The translations under genes and the position numbers were made by a program. A stretch of DNA of 64,000 nucleotides from the IMG/VR virus record IMGVR_UViG_3300042878_002054; one strand, given 5' to 3'. The notes beneath the pieces were generated by a model. The model did no database searches, had not been told where the DNA came from, and was given only the letters and a program-made list of their open reading frames with translations. The stretch is from an uncultured virus (IMG/VR IMGVR_UViG_3300042878_002054) (taxonomy: Duplodnaviria; Heunggongvirae; Uroviricota; Caudoviricetes). Position 1 is the first letter of the stretch; each line of letters starts with the position of its first letter. Of this stretch, positions 1 to 11,435 are shown piece after piece.

Positions 1-147
1 GATATCCATCCAAACCTCTGTCGATCTAACATTATGTGCACTTTTATAAAGCTCCGCACCAGGTATTTGGGCATCTTCTGAAAAGAACTTTCCAAGTGAG
101 TGGAAAAATCCGGCTTTTAATTGGCTATTTGAAATCTTATTAGGCAT
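1..147 (-). CDS. 5' end of a virion structural protein running off the window; paralogue of 484..4701
   Basis: Hand translation [49 protein letters not shown] matches the N-terminus of 484..4701 (AFFHWLGK...[15 protein letters not shown]); TTTAATATATA upstream. Confidence 0.85.
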   Translation of the reverse strand, partial: MPNKISNSQLKAGFFHSLGKFFSEDAQIPGAELYKSAHNVRSTEVWMDI

Positions 148-227
148 ATTATTAAAATTTTTATTTTAAATTAACTATGGTATATATTAAATTTTCAACT
201 CAGAAAATAAAGAATATTGTTATATGC

Positions 228-263
228 AAAAAAATAAGGCCATTTAAAATGGCCTTATTTTTT
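228..263. terminator. Intrinsic terminator (bidirectional form)
   Basis: AAAAAAATAAGGCCATTT-A-AAATGGCCTTATTTTTT inverted repeat with A/T tails. Confidence 0.8.
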
Positions 264-276
264 GATTTTAATTTTT

Positions 277-447
277 TTACTTCAATGAGTTGTTGAATAT
301 TGATCTAATACCATAGAACAAGCTTTCAAACTGTTCTTTTGTACAAGCAATATTGTGATAGGAATCTCCCATTTTAATAGAAAGAACATATATGTCTTTT
401 CCGGTATTGTTGTCTATGAATGTTTTAGTTAGTTTTACTTCTACCAT
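277..447 (-). CDS. 56-aa hypothetical protein (not in ORF track)
   Basis: MVEVKLTKTFIDNNTGKDIYVLSIKMGDSYHNIACTKEQFESLFYGIRSIFNNSLK*; AATATATA motif upstream and terminator downstream. Confidence 0.7.
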   Translation of the reverse strand: MVEVKLTKTFIDNNTGKDIYVLSIKMGDSYHNIACTKEQFESLFYGIRSIFNNSLK

Positions 448-483
448 TTTAAATATTATTATTTTTTATTATATATTATTTTT

Positions 484-3400
484 CTAAACCGGAAATGATA
501 GGTTTATATCAGTAATCCAAATTTGTTTACCTCTTGCAGTGTTTCTATATCCAACAAAAAGCCATACTTTTTTAGTGGCTATTGTAGATCCCCATTGTCC
601 AATCTGCCATCTTAACTGCTTAGTAGCATTTGTTCCGTTGAAGTTGTATGTAGGTTCGTCCATTCTAGCACCCCAAGTGTCAGCGTCTCCAGAAATATAA
701 GCAAACTTGTCTGGTTTTAGATTGTCACCAGTACTATCTAAACCTAATAGTACCACTAAATCTGGTGTTCCATTTAGAGTAAAACTTCCATCAGTGTTGT
801 AAGCTTTTTCCATATCAAGCTCTCTGAAGTTTGCATTAAATGTGAAGAGTGCGTTATTGAATGTTGTACCTGCAACAGAATCTTTTGAATATGATGTAAC
901 GTGCCATTTAAAATCTACAAATGAAGTTGTTGTATAGTCACCACCACCAGCACCAGAGTCTGTAGTACTCAATCCAAGAGCAGTATAGATATCAAAAGAC
1001 TTAGTTACTCCACTTAAACTAGAGTAGTCTACCGTGGCAGTTGTGTTAGCAACTGGAAAATATTCAGTAAAGTTTGTCTGAGGATAAATAACTCTTCCAA
1101 AGATGTACTGAAGCTCATCAGTTGCAGTATTCAATGATATTATGGAACTAAAAGTTGCTGTTCCTAGCTGAGTAGTAGAAGAAGGATGAACTCCTTTATT
1201 TGAAGCACTAGATAGACCAGAAAAAGAAAGTCTTTCACTCTCACTATCCAATGGATTACTGTTATAAGTTACTGGATCTGTTGTATCAGTATCAAAAAGC
1301 ATCTTTTTTACGGATGTTGTAAATGTTGCCGCTAATCCGAAATCGTATATGTTAGATTTTGCATAAGAAAAGTTATTTGTATTCAATGTGTTTACACCTG
1401 ATGCAAAATCAGGAATGTATTGACCAGCCACATTAACGGTGGCAGTTCTTGAGAAAGTAAGTCCTGATTTATTCCAGCTTGCAGTCCACCCTGTTATGAT
1501 AGTACCTACTGAAGTTTTTGTTCCATCGGCGTATCCTTCAAGAGTTCCTGAAATCGCCATATAATAAGCGTCTATATCGATTTGTTTAGTAACAGGAATT
1601 GTTGTATCATTTAGTAAATCTATTCCAGAAACGGTAAATCCAAATGTAGAGCCGGTATCATAATAAGCAACACCTGAATAATATACCAACGCCGAAGTTT
1701 TTTCATCAAATGTGACATTACCAATAGTAGAACTAGAATCTTGTGAATCCGAACCTAAATCTATATCATAGAAAACTGCTGCAGATGAATAAGAGTAGAT
1801 ACCTACAACTGTTGCTGCAACATTGTTGTAACCAGGTCCGACACCATTGTTATCATGTTCTATCTTCCAACTAAATCTTCCACCATAAGGGAATATAGTA
1901 GCAACATCTATAGTTCCAGATACTTTTGCTTTCCATCTATCATTATCTACTGCCCAATCAGTTATTGTAAGTGTCAATCCAGGAGTTGTACTTGTATAAG
2001 CAAAGTCTCCGTTTACTGGAGTTGCTGATATTGATCTCAACACCGTTGCACCGTCTCCAGCATAAAGTGTAAAGGTAATCGATGTAGTGTCACTTGATAA
2101 AGAGAAATAAGAAGAACCTGTTGTAAATGCAGTAAGTGTTGTATTATAAACTTTAACTGAACGTGTAGTTGATGCACTAAAATCTGTTCCTACGTTCCAA
2201 GTACCTATACTATATTCACCAGGTGTTGTTCCTGCTATTAGATTACTTGTAGGATTCATAACATATCTATTTGCATCTCCCGAACCAATAGAGGGTGCAA
2301 AAAAGTTTACATAGTTAGGTGCAGGTATCCAAACCATCACCGATCCAGCCTCTACTGGATTATCTTCTGTTACAAGAACACCAGTTGCAGTAGCACCACT
2401 TGTAGGATGAACAACTACCGTATTTCCTCTGAATATTATGTTGTTTATGTTTCCGAATGTAGCACCAGTTAGATAGTCTTCAACTGTAAGTGAGAATGTT
2501 GGTCCACCACCAGATCCACCAGTTTGGTCTACCCATTGTGTATTGTAGTCTGTTCCATCTATCTTAGACAAAACCTGACCTGATGTACCACCTGAAGGAA
2601 TTCCTATACCGCTTGTTCCTGATGTTCCATCAACACCACTAGTTCCAGATGTTCCATCGATTCCGGAAGTTCCTGATGTTCCATCGATTCCGGAAGTTCC
2701 TGATGTTCCATCGATTCCAGAAGTTCCTGATGTTCCATCAACTCCGGAAGTTCCTGATGTTCCATCAACTCCTGATGTTCCTGATGTTCCCGTAGTTCCA
2801 GATGTTCCCGTAGTCCCAGATGTTCCACTTGTTCCGTCAACTCCCGATGTTCCACTTGTTCCGTCAACTCCTGATGTTCCTGAAGAACCGTCACCACCAG
2901 ATGCACCATCTAAATTCACTACAAATGTAGTTCCGGTCATTGTTCCGGTTGTAGTGACTCCAACTATGGATATTTGTCCTGTTCCTGCATCGTATGATGA
3001 TACGGTTCCTTGTATAAAGTTGTTCGTGTCTTTTGATATTATTATCGATTGAGCGGGACTGTATGCATATTCGGTTCCTATTGTAAGGTTCAAAGGGTCT
3101 GTAGGTGTTATACTACCACTATAGTCATATCTGTATTTGTCTCCTGCATATCCAGAAGTTCCTGATGTTCCTGTTGTACCCGATGTTCCTGTTGTACCCG
3201 ATGTTCCTGATGTTCCTGATGTTCCTGATGTTCCATCGATTCCGGAAGTTCCTGATGTTCCGTCAACTCCAGAAGTTCCTGATGTTCCATCGATTCCGGA
3301 AGTTCCTGATGTTCCATCGATTCCAGAAGTTCCTGATGTTCCATCAACTCCGGAAGTTCCTGATGTTCCATCAACTCCTGATGTTCCTGATGTTCCATCG

Positions 3401-4701
3401 ATTCCAGAAGTTCCTGATGTTCCACTTGTTCCGTCAACTCCTGATGTTCCTGATGTTCCGTCAATTCCTGATGTTCCACTTGTTCCGTCAACTCCTGATG
3501 TTCCACTTGTTCCTGATGTTCCCGTAGTTCCTGATGTTCCGTCAACTCCTGATGTTCCACTTGTTCCGTCAACTCCTGATGTTCCACTTGTTCCTGAAGA
3601 ACCGTCTCCACCAGATGCACCATCTAAGTTTACAATCCATGTTGCAGAAGCGTTTGTAGGAGTTCCTACAACACCACTTGAAAGTGGGTGTAAAGTGTTT
3701 CCTTTTGTGGCACTCATAGTACCAGTTCCTATATTATAAGAAGTTACCGTTGCCTCTATATAGTTTAGACTATCGATTGCAAGTATTATAGATTGTCCTG
3801 GACTATATGCAAGTCCTGCTTCTATAGAAAGTGTCCATGAAGGTTGTGAAGAATCGATAGTAAGTGTGTTTATACTTCTGTATCTATCACTGACTCCAGA
3901 AGTACCCGATGTACCATCTGACCCAGTCGCACCGGTAGCACCAATAGACCCAGTCGCACCGGTAGCACCTTTTGTGAAGGTATCTAATGTTTGTCCTACA
4001 TATTGATATGCGATTGCTCTAAGACCACCATTTACACTCTTTATAAAGTTTATTGCGTCAGCTACTCCGATATTTCTAGCAGCCTCAAACGCCGCCTTAT
4101 CCATTGTATAACCGGAACCATTTCCTAAGTCAATAGGTGTTTTACCAACGTTGAATCTGAATATTCCAGAAAAAGTATCTATGTCATAATATGCATTGTC
4201 ATATGATACAGAATTGAATTTTCCTGCAGTAGTAGGTGCATATAATATAACAGCATATCCTGTAGAAGGTGCTCCTAATAAATCGGGAATATCTGATATA
4301 TTTATTATTGGTTTTACCCATTCATCTGAAGGAATAAACTCACCAAAAGCATTTCCTAAACTAGGTGTACCAGTGTCAAGAAACCAAGATTGGTATAAAG
4401 TATTATGAAGTGGATATAGATAACCAGGTTGTCCTACAAGGTCATTTCCTAATCCGTCATTACCGACAGAACTAACCGTTCCTACTTTTCTTATTATGTT
4501 TGGATATGCGTCAGAATATGCAGAAGCAGAAGCAAAAGTATAAGCAACAGGAACATCGTCCATCCAAACTTCATTGGATCTAACATTATGAGCACTTTTG
4601 TAGTTTTCACTACCTGCATAGTTTCCATCTTTTGTGTTTACCTTACCCAACCAGTGAAAAAAGGCACCTGTTAGCTTACTATCTGGATTTATTATTGGCA
4701 T
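484..4701 (-). CDS. Large virion structural/tail-associated protein with collagen-like G-T-S repeats
   Basis: 1405 aa, Gly/Ser/Thr-rich, two GTSG(V/I)D repeat blocks; C-terminal ~670 aa paralogous to 4749..7778. Confidence 0.7.
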   Translation of the reverse strand: MPIINPDSKLTGAFFHWLGKVNTKDGNYAGSENYKSAHNVRSNEVWMDDVPVAYTFASASAYSDAYPNIIRKVGTVSSVGNDGLGNDLVGQPGYLYPLHNTLYQSWFLDTGTPSLGNAFGEFIPSDEWVKPIINISDIPDLLGAPSTGYAVILYAPTTAGKFNSVSYDNAYYDIDTFSGIFRFNVGKTPIDLGNGSGYTMDKAAFEAARNIGVADAINFIKSVNGGLRAIAYQYVGQTLDTFTKGATGATGSIGATGATGSDGTSGTSGVSDRYRSINTLTIDSSQPSWTLSIEAGLAYSPGQSIILAIDSLNYIEATVTSYNIGTGTMSATKGNTLHPLSSGVVGTPTNASATWIVNLDGASGGDGSSGTSGTSGVDGTSGTSGVDGTSGTTGTSGTSGTSGVDGTSGTSGIDGTSGTSGVDGTSGTSGTSGIDGTSGTSGVDGTSGTSGVDGTSGTSGIDGTSGTSGIDGTSGTSGVDGTSGTSGIDGTSGTSGTSGTSGTTGTSGTTGTSGTSGYAGDKYRYDYSGSITPTDPLNLTIGTEYAYSPAQSIIISKDTNNFIQGTVSSYDAGTGQISIVGVTTTGTMTGTTFVVNLDGASGGDGSSGTSGVDGTSGTSGVDGTSGTSGTTGTSGTTGTSGTSGVDGTSGTSGVDGTSGTSGIDGTSGTSGIDGTSGTSGIDGTSGTSGVDGTSGTSGIGIPSGGTSGQVLSKIDGTDYNTQWVDQTGGSGGGPTFSLTVEDYLTGATFGNINNIIFRGNTVVVHPTSGATATGVLVTEDNPVEAGSVMVWIPAPNYVNFFAPSIGSGDANRYVMNPTSNLIAGTTPGEYSIGTWNVGTDFSASTTRSVKVYNTTLTAFTTGSSYFSLSSDTTSITFTLYAGDGATVLRSISATPVNGDFAYTSTTPGLTLTITDWAVDNDRWKAKVSGTIDVATIFPYGGRFSWKIEHDNNGVGPGYNNVAATVVGIYSYSSAAVFYDIDLGSDSQDSSSTIGNVTFDEKTSALVYYSGVAYYDTGSTFGFTVSGIDLLNDTTIPVTKQIDIDAYYMAISGTLEGYADGTKTSVGTIITGWTASWNKSGLTFSRTATVNVAGQYIPDFASGVNTLNTNNFSYAKSNIYDFGLAATFTTSVKKMLFDTDTTDPVTYNSNPLDSESERLSFSGLSSASNKGVHPSSTTQLGTATFSSIISLNTATDELQYIFGRVIYPQTNFTEYFPVANTTATVDYSSLSGVTKSFDIYTALGLSTTDSGAGGGDYTTTSFVDFKWHVTSYSKDSVAGTTFNNALFTFNANFRELDMEKAYNTDGSFTLNGTPDLVVLLGLDSTGDNLKPDKFAYISGDADTWGARMDEPTYNFNGTNATKQLRWQIGQWGSTIATKKVWLFVGYRNTARGKQIWITDINLSFPV
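2600..2910 (-). repeat. Tandem 9-nt-unit repeat encoding (GTS/GVD/GID/GTT)n, block 2
   Basis: gttcctgat / gttccatc units. Confidence 0.9.
3150..3622 (-). repeat. Tandem 9-nt-unit repeat encoding (GTS/GVD/GID/GTT)n, block 1
   Basis: Same units as block 2; both blocks are preceded by [16 protein letters not shown]. Confidence 0.9.
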
Positions 4702-4748
4702 ATCTTAAATGTATATTTTTATCTATTATATATTAAATTTGAATCTTA

Positions 4749-7700
4749 TTAAACACCGGTAAACTGAATATCGCTTAAATAAAGTGCTTTTCCTCTTGTA
4801 GTACTTTTAAATCCTATGAAGAGCCAAAATTTAATACAAGGTGCAGAAACATAACCCATCGTAAAAGAAATGGTTGAGTTTCCACTAGAGCCAAAATAGT
4901 TTACAGAACCATTTGTTCTTCCACCATAGGTTCCTGTGTTTCCTGTCAAGAAAAGGTATTTATTTGGTGCTGAATTTGCACCAGATCCATCAAATCCTAT
5001 CATTATTATGGCATCTTCGTTTCCACTAACAGAAGAAACTCCTTTTTGACAATGAAAGTCTGCCTCAGTTATGTTAGATTCTATTACGAATTGACCCGCA
5101 GTAGAGGATTGCCCACTTGCTTTTTGATACTGTGTAACGTACCATCTATAATCAGTAGTTGTATATGGTGTAGTTGTTCCTGCGATGTTCAAAGCAACGG
5201 TTAACATATTAAAGGTATCTGTCGATCCGGCAAGAGCAGAATAGTTACAACTTGTTCCAAAGTTATAGTATGGCATATAAGTTGTGAAATTGTGTTGTGG
5301 ATATATTATTCTTCCAAAGATATACTGAAGTTCTGCAGTGTTTGGTGCAGCTCCTAATAGTATATTAGAATCAAATACACTAGTACCGGTGCCAGCTAAA
5401 ACACCAGAAAAAGAAAGTCTGTTATTTTCACTATCTATAGGGTTACTCACCGTAGTAGTTGCACCAGCAACATCGGTATCTATTAATGTCTTTTTAGCAG
5501 AGGATATAAGAGTAATATCAGGATTTCCGTAGTCAAAAAGTCTTACGGTAATGCTTGAATCCTTACTGGTATCCAAAGTGTTGGTTGTGTGTGGTGAAAA
5601 ACCAGGTATATAACCAACGGTAGCTATTCCAGGAAAGAGTGTGCTATTATCATTGTTCATAACAACATTTATCGCACCTGATCTTGAGAATGTCAATCCA
5701 CTTTTGTCCCAGTTTATTCCCCAACCAGTTATTGCAACACCAACACCGGATTTTGTTCCATCTGCATGTCCATTTAAGAAGTTTACTCCGGAATTAATCA
5801 TAGAAAGGTTGTTTGGAAAAAAGTCTATTTGTTTAGTAGTTGGAAATGTTAAATCATTCAAAAGGTCTATGTTTGATGCAGTCATTGCAAATGTAGAACC
5901 TGAGTTATAATAAGCAACTCCTGAAAACTTTTTAAGAACCGCAACCTTTTCATCAAAAGTAACAGATCCAACACTTGCACTTGTTGGTAAAGCATCACTA
6001 TCATAAAAGAAACTCATTGTGTCTTTTATGATAGTTCCATCCACACCATTATCATGTGTTATTCTACATTTGAATCTACCACCATTTGGAAATAGCGTAT
6101 TGCAATTTACCTTAGCAGTAAGACTGGCAACTTTGAATTTGTCTTGATCGTTTGAGAAAACACCTAATATAAGACTTACTCCAGTTAGAGAACTATCGTC
6201 TGTTGTATATGTTTGACCACATGTTGCAACATTTAATGTTTTTGTCATTGTTCTGATTGCAGTCGATTCATCTTCTTTAAAAACTTCAAACTTTATAGTA
6301 GTTACTTGTGAAGAACATGAAAATGCAGAAGAGCTAACAAATGGTGAAAACTCAAACGAAGTTAAGTTAGTAGTATTATTTTTAGTCTTTCTTGTAGTTC
6401 CTACTGATGTAGAGTTTGCCTGAAAGTCAGTTAACATACTCCAATCTCCTGTTCCAAAAGTACCAGGTGTACTAATAGATGAATAAGATTGAGTAGCTGG
6501 TAAAGAAACATATCTATCTGCACCAGTTGCATCTATGTTAGGATTGAAAAAAGAAACGTAGTTAGGAGCTGGAATCCAAACAACAACCTCTGGAGTCTGT
6601 CCCGTAACAGTAACCCCTGTTGCAGTAAGTCCAAGTGCATGGTTTACAACTACGGTGTTTCCTCTAAATATTATCTTGTTTATATCAGTGAACTCTTCTC
6701 CAGTCAAATAGTCTTGTATAGTTAATGAAAAGGTTCCACCTCCAACACCACCAGAAACGGTCGTAGATCCGTTACATGGACCACAATTACTAGGATCCAT
6801 ATATTCGTCATAGTCGACACCTGTTTGGAAAAGAACGTAGTCTAAATCCCAAGATGTTTTTGATGCACTTGCACCACCTATCATTCTAACGGTAAGTCCC
6901 TTTATGGTTTCTACTTTTGTTCCAAACTTGATTGTAGGAACGACAACATGTTGCCATTCATTGATTACATTTGGTTCAAGACCATATGCCATCAAATTGA
7001 TTGTGTTACCAGATGCAGTACCCACGTAGTTACTTGAAGTACCATATATTTGAACACTTAAAAATCTATTGTGATCCAATACACTATTGAACCTAACTCT
7101 CATAGAAAGAGATGCATAATCACTTCTTTTGATAGTACCCACAGATTTTGTAAAGTTAAGTCCTGTTCTATAGTCTGTGTTTGCTGCTATGCAGTATGTA
7201 GAAGTATATTGATTTGTAGTAGATTGAAAATTAACGTCCAGTGGATCTAAAGTTCCTGATATCTGGTATGCTGATGTGGCCCACTGACCATTGTTTTCAT
7301 ATACTTTTTCTAAAGTTCCTACCTTATCGACAGATTTCTTTATAAGAGCGTATTGGATAAGAACCTCATCTTCTGCTAATACCGGTTTTTTTGGAATCGG
7401 AGCAGGAGTTCCTTGTTTTATTTTTACAACACCATCTTCATTTATAACTATGGCATCTATTCTATCATAAGTTGGATGTGATACAGAAACAGCAACAGCT
7501 GGCATACTTGCAGTCTTGAAGATTATCTCATCTGCAAAAGTATATGCTAAGTTAGTAAGACTAAAAGTAAGTGAGATAGTTCCAACATTAGACCATTCGG
7601 CACCACCATAATAAAGCCTTTTTACTGGCTTAACCAAAGAGTTTACGTAGAATTTGTCTATTATGGAATATTTAGAATAGGTTCCAGTATAGTTGAAATT

Positions 7701-7778
7701 ATAGCCAATAGGCGAGCTAAACGGATATATTAAATACTCGCTTGTTATATTTGTGTAGCCATATCTTGATTCTTGCAT
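4749..7778 (-). CDS. Virion structural protein, paralogue of 484..4701, possible carbohydrate-binding module
   Basis: Shares [36 protein letters not shown] and LQYIFGR.IYPQ with 484..4701; N-terminal HPTYDRIDAIV..GTPAP.P motif seen in tail proteins. Confidence 0.65.
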   Translation of the reverse strand: MQESRYGYTNITSEYLIYPFSSPIGYNFNYTGTYSKYSIIDKFYVNSLVKPVKRLYYGGAEWSNVGTISLTFSLTNLAYTFADEIIFKTASMPAVAVSVSHPTYDRIDAIVINEDGVVKIKQGTPAPIPKKPVLAEDEVLIQYALIKKSVDKVGTLEKVYENNGQWATSAYQISGTLDPLDVNFQSTTNQYTSTYCIAANTDYRTGLNFTKSVGTIKRSDYASLSMRVRFNSVLDHNRFLSVQIYGTSSNYVGTASGNTINLMAYGLEPNVINEWQHVVVPTIKFGTKVETIKGLTVRMIGGASASKTSWDLDYVLFQTGVDYDEYMDPSNCGPCNGSTTVSGGVGGGTFSLTIQDYLTGEEFTDINKIIFRGNTVVVNHALGLTATGVTVTGQTPEVVVWIPAPNYVSFFNPNIDATGADRYVSLPATQSYSSISTPGTFGTGDWSMLTDFQANSTSVGTTRKTKNNTTNLTSFEFSPFVSSSAFSCSSQVTTIKFEVFKEDESTAIRTMTKTLNVATCGQTYTTDDSSLTGVSLILGVFSNDQDKFKVASLTAKVNCNTLFPNGGRFKCRITHDNGVDGTIIKDTMSFFYDSDALPTSASVGSVTFDEKVAVLKKFSGVAYYNSGSTFAMTASNIDLLNDLTFPTTKQIDFFPNNLSMINSGVNFLNGHADGTKSGVGVAITGWGINWDKSGLTFSRSGAINVVMNNDNSTLFPGIATVGYIPGFSPHTTNTLDTSKDSSITVRLFDYGNPDITLISSAKKTLIDTDVAGATTTVSNPIDSENNRLSFSGVLAGTGTSVFDSNILLGAAPNTAELQYIFGRIIYPQHNFTTYMPYYNFGTSCNYSALAGSTDTFNMLTVALNIAGTTTPYTTTDYRWYVTQYQKASGQSSTAGQFVIESNITEADFHCQKGVSSVSGNEDAIIMIGFDGSGANSAPNKYLFLTGNTGTYGGRTNGSVNYFGSSGNSTISFTMGYVSAPCIKFWLFIGFKSTTRGKALYLSDIQFTGV

Positions 7779-7795
7779 CTTTTCGTTTTAATTTT

Positions 7796-10198
7796 TTAGA
7801 AATCTCCTAAGTATAAATTTTGGTCGTATATAAATCCACTTGGTGTAAAGTGATCCTCTACGTTATCCGAGTTGTCTTTGTTTGATCTTGTATTGTGCAT
7901 TCCTACAGATACGGTTCCTGCACAATAAATAAAGTTTCCTGAAGTTCCTGCCATATATGCAGTCGAGTTGTATATACCAAATCGAGAACTTGTTGATGTC
8001 ATCAATATGGCTCCTGAATTTTCAAGTGAGTTGTATATTCTCGTATTATAGAGATACGTACTAGACATAGATCCCGCGTTTATGTGTATTGGATAGGTGT
8101 TGGTTCCAAGACCTTCTGTCTTTATAAGAGAATTATTTACTTTAAAGTTTGTGTTATTACTTTCGTTTATTATAGACTCTTTTTTACTTACTATATCTCC
8201 TGTAACAGAAACATTTGCAACTGCACTATCACCAAGATACAGACCAGGACATTCTCCTCCAGATATATTTCCAAATATACTTACGGTTCCTGCATTGATA
8301 TAAACTGCAGAGTTTATTCCACCACCATTAGCAGAAGAGCTTTCAAGTAAATCTGCATTTATTCTAACACTTGCACTTGCACTTCTAACCAATAAAGCAT
8401 GTTGAAGTTCAGATTGTGGACCACTTGTATTAAAATCTGAATTACATTCTATTAAAGAAGTATTTACTTCTAAAGTACCACTAAATCTATTGGTAACATT
8501 TATAGTATTATATGCAGATTTTATATTTTCACCAATTCTTATATTTACGTTTGAAGAAACATCGGCATCACCATTGATACTACCTATCAATATTGCAGTT
8601 GAAGAAGCCGCCTTACATGAGATATAGTCACCTTTCATGTTCACATTAGAAGTACCTAATGTATTAGTTATCTTTAAAGCAACACTTTGGTTCTCTATTC
8701 TAGAAAACTCAAAGTTTATATTAGAAGATTTAGTAACATCTAAAGGAATCAAGTTTTCATCTGTTCCAATAAATTTGGCATATCCAAATATCGAAGAGTT
8801 TACTGCACCTTTTATGTCTGTAAATCCATTTTGAGAAAAGATTACATCTGCTTCACAATAAAAATTTAAATGATTATATAGATATGCAGGTAGTGTATAT
8901 GATCCTTTTTTAAGATATACAAGTCCTGGATCTCCATCAGCGAAAATATATGATGTAGTAAGGCCATATATGGCCTTTTCTATTGATTGGAAAGGTTTAT
9001 CCACTCTATCAACTAAACCGGTAGTATCACTACCCTCTGATGGATCAACATACGCAGTTTTGTATGTCGTAAATACGTTTCCTAACTGAGAATCTACATA
9101 TTGTTTAGTAATCAAAGAGTTATTTACAAATGTAGTAGTATAGTCTGCAGAGTATTGAAGTCCTTTAAGATCACCAGTCGTTACTGTTCCAGAAGTTGCA
9201 CTTATAACAAGTGTAGAGTTATCTATTTCTATATAAGATTTGGCCTTTGTAGTACCATCCGTTGACATAAGTATTTTATTACTAGTTGATTCACTATCTA
9301 AAAATATAGTAGAATTACCATTTGTGGATCTAAGAGAAGTTCCTGTTCCTAAAACTATACTATAAGATCCAGAGTTGTTACCAACTTCTAATACTTCATT
9401 TAAAGGTGCTGTTGTTGCAGTAACATCTTCCCAAGTGATTGTTCCATCTCCTGCAGTTCTAAGATATTGATTAGTGGTTCCATCTACATTTGGAAGAGTA
9501 TATGCGTTGTTTATGTTTACATAGTTTCCTAAATAAACTGTGGAACTAATCGATGCGGTCAATCCACTACCACCTATAACTACAGAGTTTTTAACACCAC
9601 TATTAGTATAAGCTCCTTTAGAATTTATATGAAAATATACTTTATTTTCTAAAATATCACCATCATAAGAACTACCTATTTCCAAAGCATTAACTGAACT
9701 TATAGCAGCGTCTTTATCTCTGTGTATGATAGAAAATGTGTTTCTATTTTGAGTAAGTAAAACAGAATTTGTTGCAGATCCTACTTCTACAGAATATGTA
9801 CTTCCTGAAAGTTTGAAAGTGCCATAGTTTGATTGTGTAGAGTTAGAGATATCTATACCAGAATTAGATAAAGTAATCGATGATGTTCCTGTTGAAGATG
9901 AGGTTGATGAAATGAAAACAGAACCGTTATGATCCAATATTATTCTTCCGGTAGAATTCGAACTATAGATAGAAGTTGAAGTACCCATCATTATAGAGTA
10001 GATTCCGGAATCATTTCCAAGATTAAGAGTCTGTCTCAAAGTCTGTGACGAACTAGTAAACAAAGGAGTAACCACACCTGCAGAATCTTTTTGTTTTATA
10101 ACACCGTCTGTATCATATCCGATAGTATATCCATCCACGGAAGGTGTCGCAGCGGTCGTTACCATATTTATACGATTATTAAATATAACTTGAGCCAT
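7796..10198 (-). CDS. Putative tail fibre/spike with beta-helix-like C-terminus
   Basis: Duplicated L...L..GN.SG.YSI motif; YTLPNVDGTTNQYLRT.G.G..TW fibre motif; YVDP..G.D...PFQSI..AI beta-helix cap. Confidence 0.6.
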   Translation of the reverse strand: MAQVIFNNRINMVTTAATPSVDGYTIGYDTDGVIKQKDSAGVVTPLFTSSSQTLRQTLNLGNDSGIYSIMMGTSTSIYSSNSTGRIILDHNGSVFISSTSSSTGTSSITLSNSGIDISNSTQSNYGTFKLSGSTYSVEVGSATNSVLLTQNRNTFSIIHRDKDAAISSVNALEIGSSYDGDILENKVYFHINSKGAYTNSGVKNSVVIGGSGLTASISSTVYLGNYVNINNAYTLPNVDGTTNQYLRTAGDGTITWEDVTATTAPLNEVLEVGNNSGSYSIVLGTGTSLRSTNGNSTIFLDSESTSNKILMSTDGTTKAKSYIEIDNSTLVISATSGTVTTGDLKGLQYSADYTTTFVNNSLITKQYVDSQLGNVFTTYKTAYVDPSEGSDTTGLVDRVDKPFQSIEKAIYGLTTSYIFADGDPGLVYLKKGSYTLPAYLYNHLNFYCEADVIFSQNGFTDIKGAVNSSIFGYAKFIGTDENLIPLDVTKSSNINFEFSRIENQSVALKITNTLGTSNVNMKGDYISCKAASSTAILIGSINGDADVSSNVNIRIGENIKSAYNTINVTNRFSGTLEVNTSLIECNSDFNTSGPQSELQHALLVRSASASVRINADLLESSSANGGGINSAVYINAGTVSIFGNISGGECPGLYLGDSAVANVSVTGDIVSKKESIINESNNTNFKVNNSLIKTEGLGTNTYPIHINAGSMSSTYLYNTRIYNSLENSGAILMTSTSSRFGIYNSTAYMAGTSGNFIYCAGTVSVGMHNTRSNKDNSDNVEDHFTPSGFIYDQNLYLGDF

Positions 10199-10251
10199 TT
10201 AAAAATATTATTTTATATTCTATATATAAAATTTCAGATTCTTTTTATTAC

Positions 10252-10259
10252 TATCTTTG
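10252..10259 (+). promoter_or_regulatory. Bacteroidota-type -7 promoter element TAnnTTTG
   Basis: TATCTTTG 4 nt before the ATG at 10264. Confidence 0.6.
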
Positions 10260-10263
10260 TTAA

Positions 10264-10539
10264 ATGAAAGACTTCATAGATGAAGATAAGTATAAAGAGT
10301 ATTATGAGTTTATAGATTTCATAATGAATATGGCTATAAAATCACAGTACTACGAAATCGCGGCATGGATAAGAGGTGTTAAAAAAGAATTGGGATATTC
10401 TATAGTATTCGAAGAAGATTTAAGTATAGAAAGTTTTCTAAATTTAGTAAACCATAGAATGGAAATATTAGATGAAAAGGATCGAAATATCGTAACACCT
10501 CATTTAAGAGACTTAAAACTAAAAATGCTTAATATTTAG
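10264..10539 (+). CDS. Hypothetical protein with UVR-like YE.AA.IR motif and C-terminal RDLKL tag
   Basis: AIKSQYYEIAAWIR; ends LRDLKLKMLNI. Confidence 0.6.
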   Translation: MKDFIDEDKYKEYYEFIDFIMNMAIKSQYYEIAAWIRGVKKELGYSIVFEEDLSIESFLNLVNHRMEILDEKDRNIVTPHLRDLKLKMLNI

Positions 10540-10897
10540 GGATTGGCATATCACTTGTTATTTGTATCTTAAATCCATAACCACTATCTTCATCAGATCC
10601 ATATTTAGTTTCTGTATGATATCCATATCCACCATCAAACGAAATAGGTTTTGGACCATTCATTTGTTGCCTTCTTCTCATTTCCTCTTCTTTTCTCTTA
10701 GATTCTTCCTGTGCCAACATTTGTTCAAATGTTAATCCGTTATCTACATGAGTAGTAGGTTCTTGATGTGTAGAATATTGTGTATTTTGATATCCATACT
10801 TTCTCAAAAGCTGCTCTGCTTCCCAACTATCAATGTTAGGATTTTCGTTTGTCTCAACTTGTTGGCCTTGTATAAGCCTTACTTCTGGTCTTTGCAT
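10529..10897 (-). CDS. Hypothetical protein
   Basis: 122-aa ORF, closely coupled to 10900..11355. Confidence 0.7.
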   Translation of the reverse strand: MQRPEVRLIQGQQVETNENPNIDSWEAEQLLRKYGYQNTQYSTHQEPTTHVDNGLTFEQMLAQEESKRKEEEMRRRQQMNGPKPISFDGGYGYHTETKYGSDEDSGYGFKIQITSDMPIPKY

Positions 10898-10899
10898 GT

Positions 10900-11355
10900 T
10901 TAACTTATTGTTTTTATTAGGTTTATCCTATTCATGTCACTTTCTAATCTATATCCTTCTATAGGATTGTTTTTCAAATATCTAGTATAAAGTTTTGTTC
11001 TTTTTGTTATTACATATTTACCTTCTGTTTCCTTAGAGATTCCTTCAAATCTTAAAGTCTTTACCCAAGGTGTCGAATTCAAAAAAGAAGTAACAACATC
11101 ACCAAAAATAGTCTTTGTAACTCTAAATATGCTAGAATTAACAATCTTATCAACGCTCCAATCCAAAATATCCTCATCCCAAACAAAATAAGTAAGTTCG
11201 TAAGAACTACCTAAAATAGAGTTGTTAGGTCCTGTCGAATCGTTTTTGAATTGAACCAAATAATCATTTCCATCCATATCGGTGAATCCATATTTCACTA
11301 CAAACTTATCACAAGGTAACAAGCTTATTTCATATGATTCTATCATAACTATCAA
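10900..11355 (-). CDS. Hypothetical protein
   Basis: 151-aa ORF; TTTAATATATA upstream; start uncertain. Confidence 0.7.
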   Translation of the reverse strand: MIVMIESYEISLLPCDKFVVKYGFTDMDGNDYLVQFKNDSTGPNNSILGSSYELTYFVWDEDILDWSVDKIVNSSIFRVTKTIFGDVVTSFLNSTPWVKTLRFEGISKETEGKYVITKRTKLYTRYLKNNPIEGYRLESDMNRINLIKTIS

Positions 11356-11435
11356 TGTATTTATAATACATTATATATTAAAAATATAATATGATTATAA
11401 AGAAAATAGAAACATGATAAGAAGATATATAAACT

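Noticed and set aside
2600..3622. Possible CRISPR array in the repeat blocks (also 42811..42945)
   Set aside because: These are in-frame coding tandem repeats with no unique spacers.
2604..3739. Alternative-frame ORFs over the GTS repeats (EHQEL, FLMF and PDVP repeats)
   Set aside because: They are shadows of the 9-nt repeat within 484..4701.
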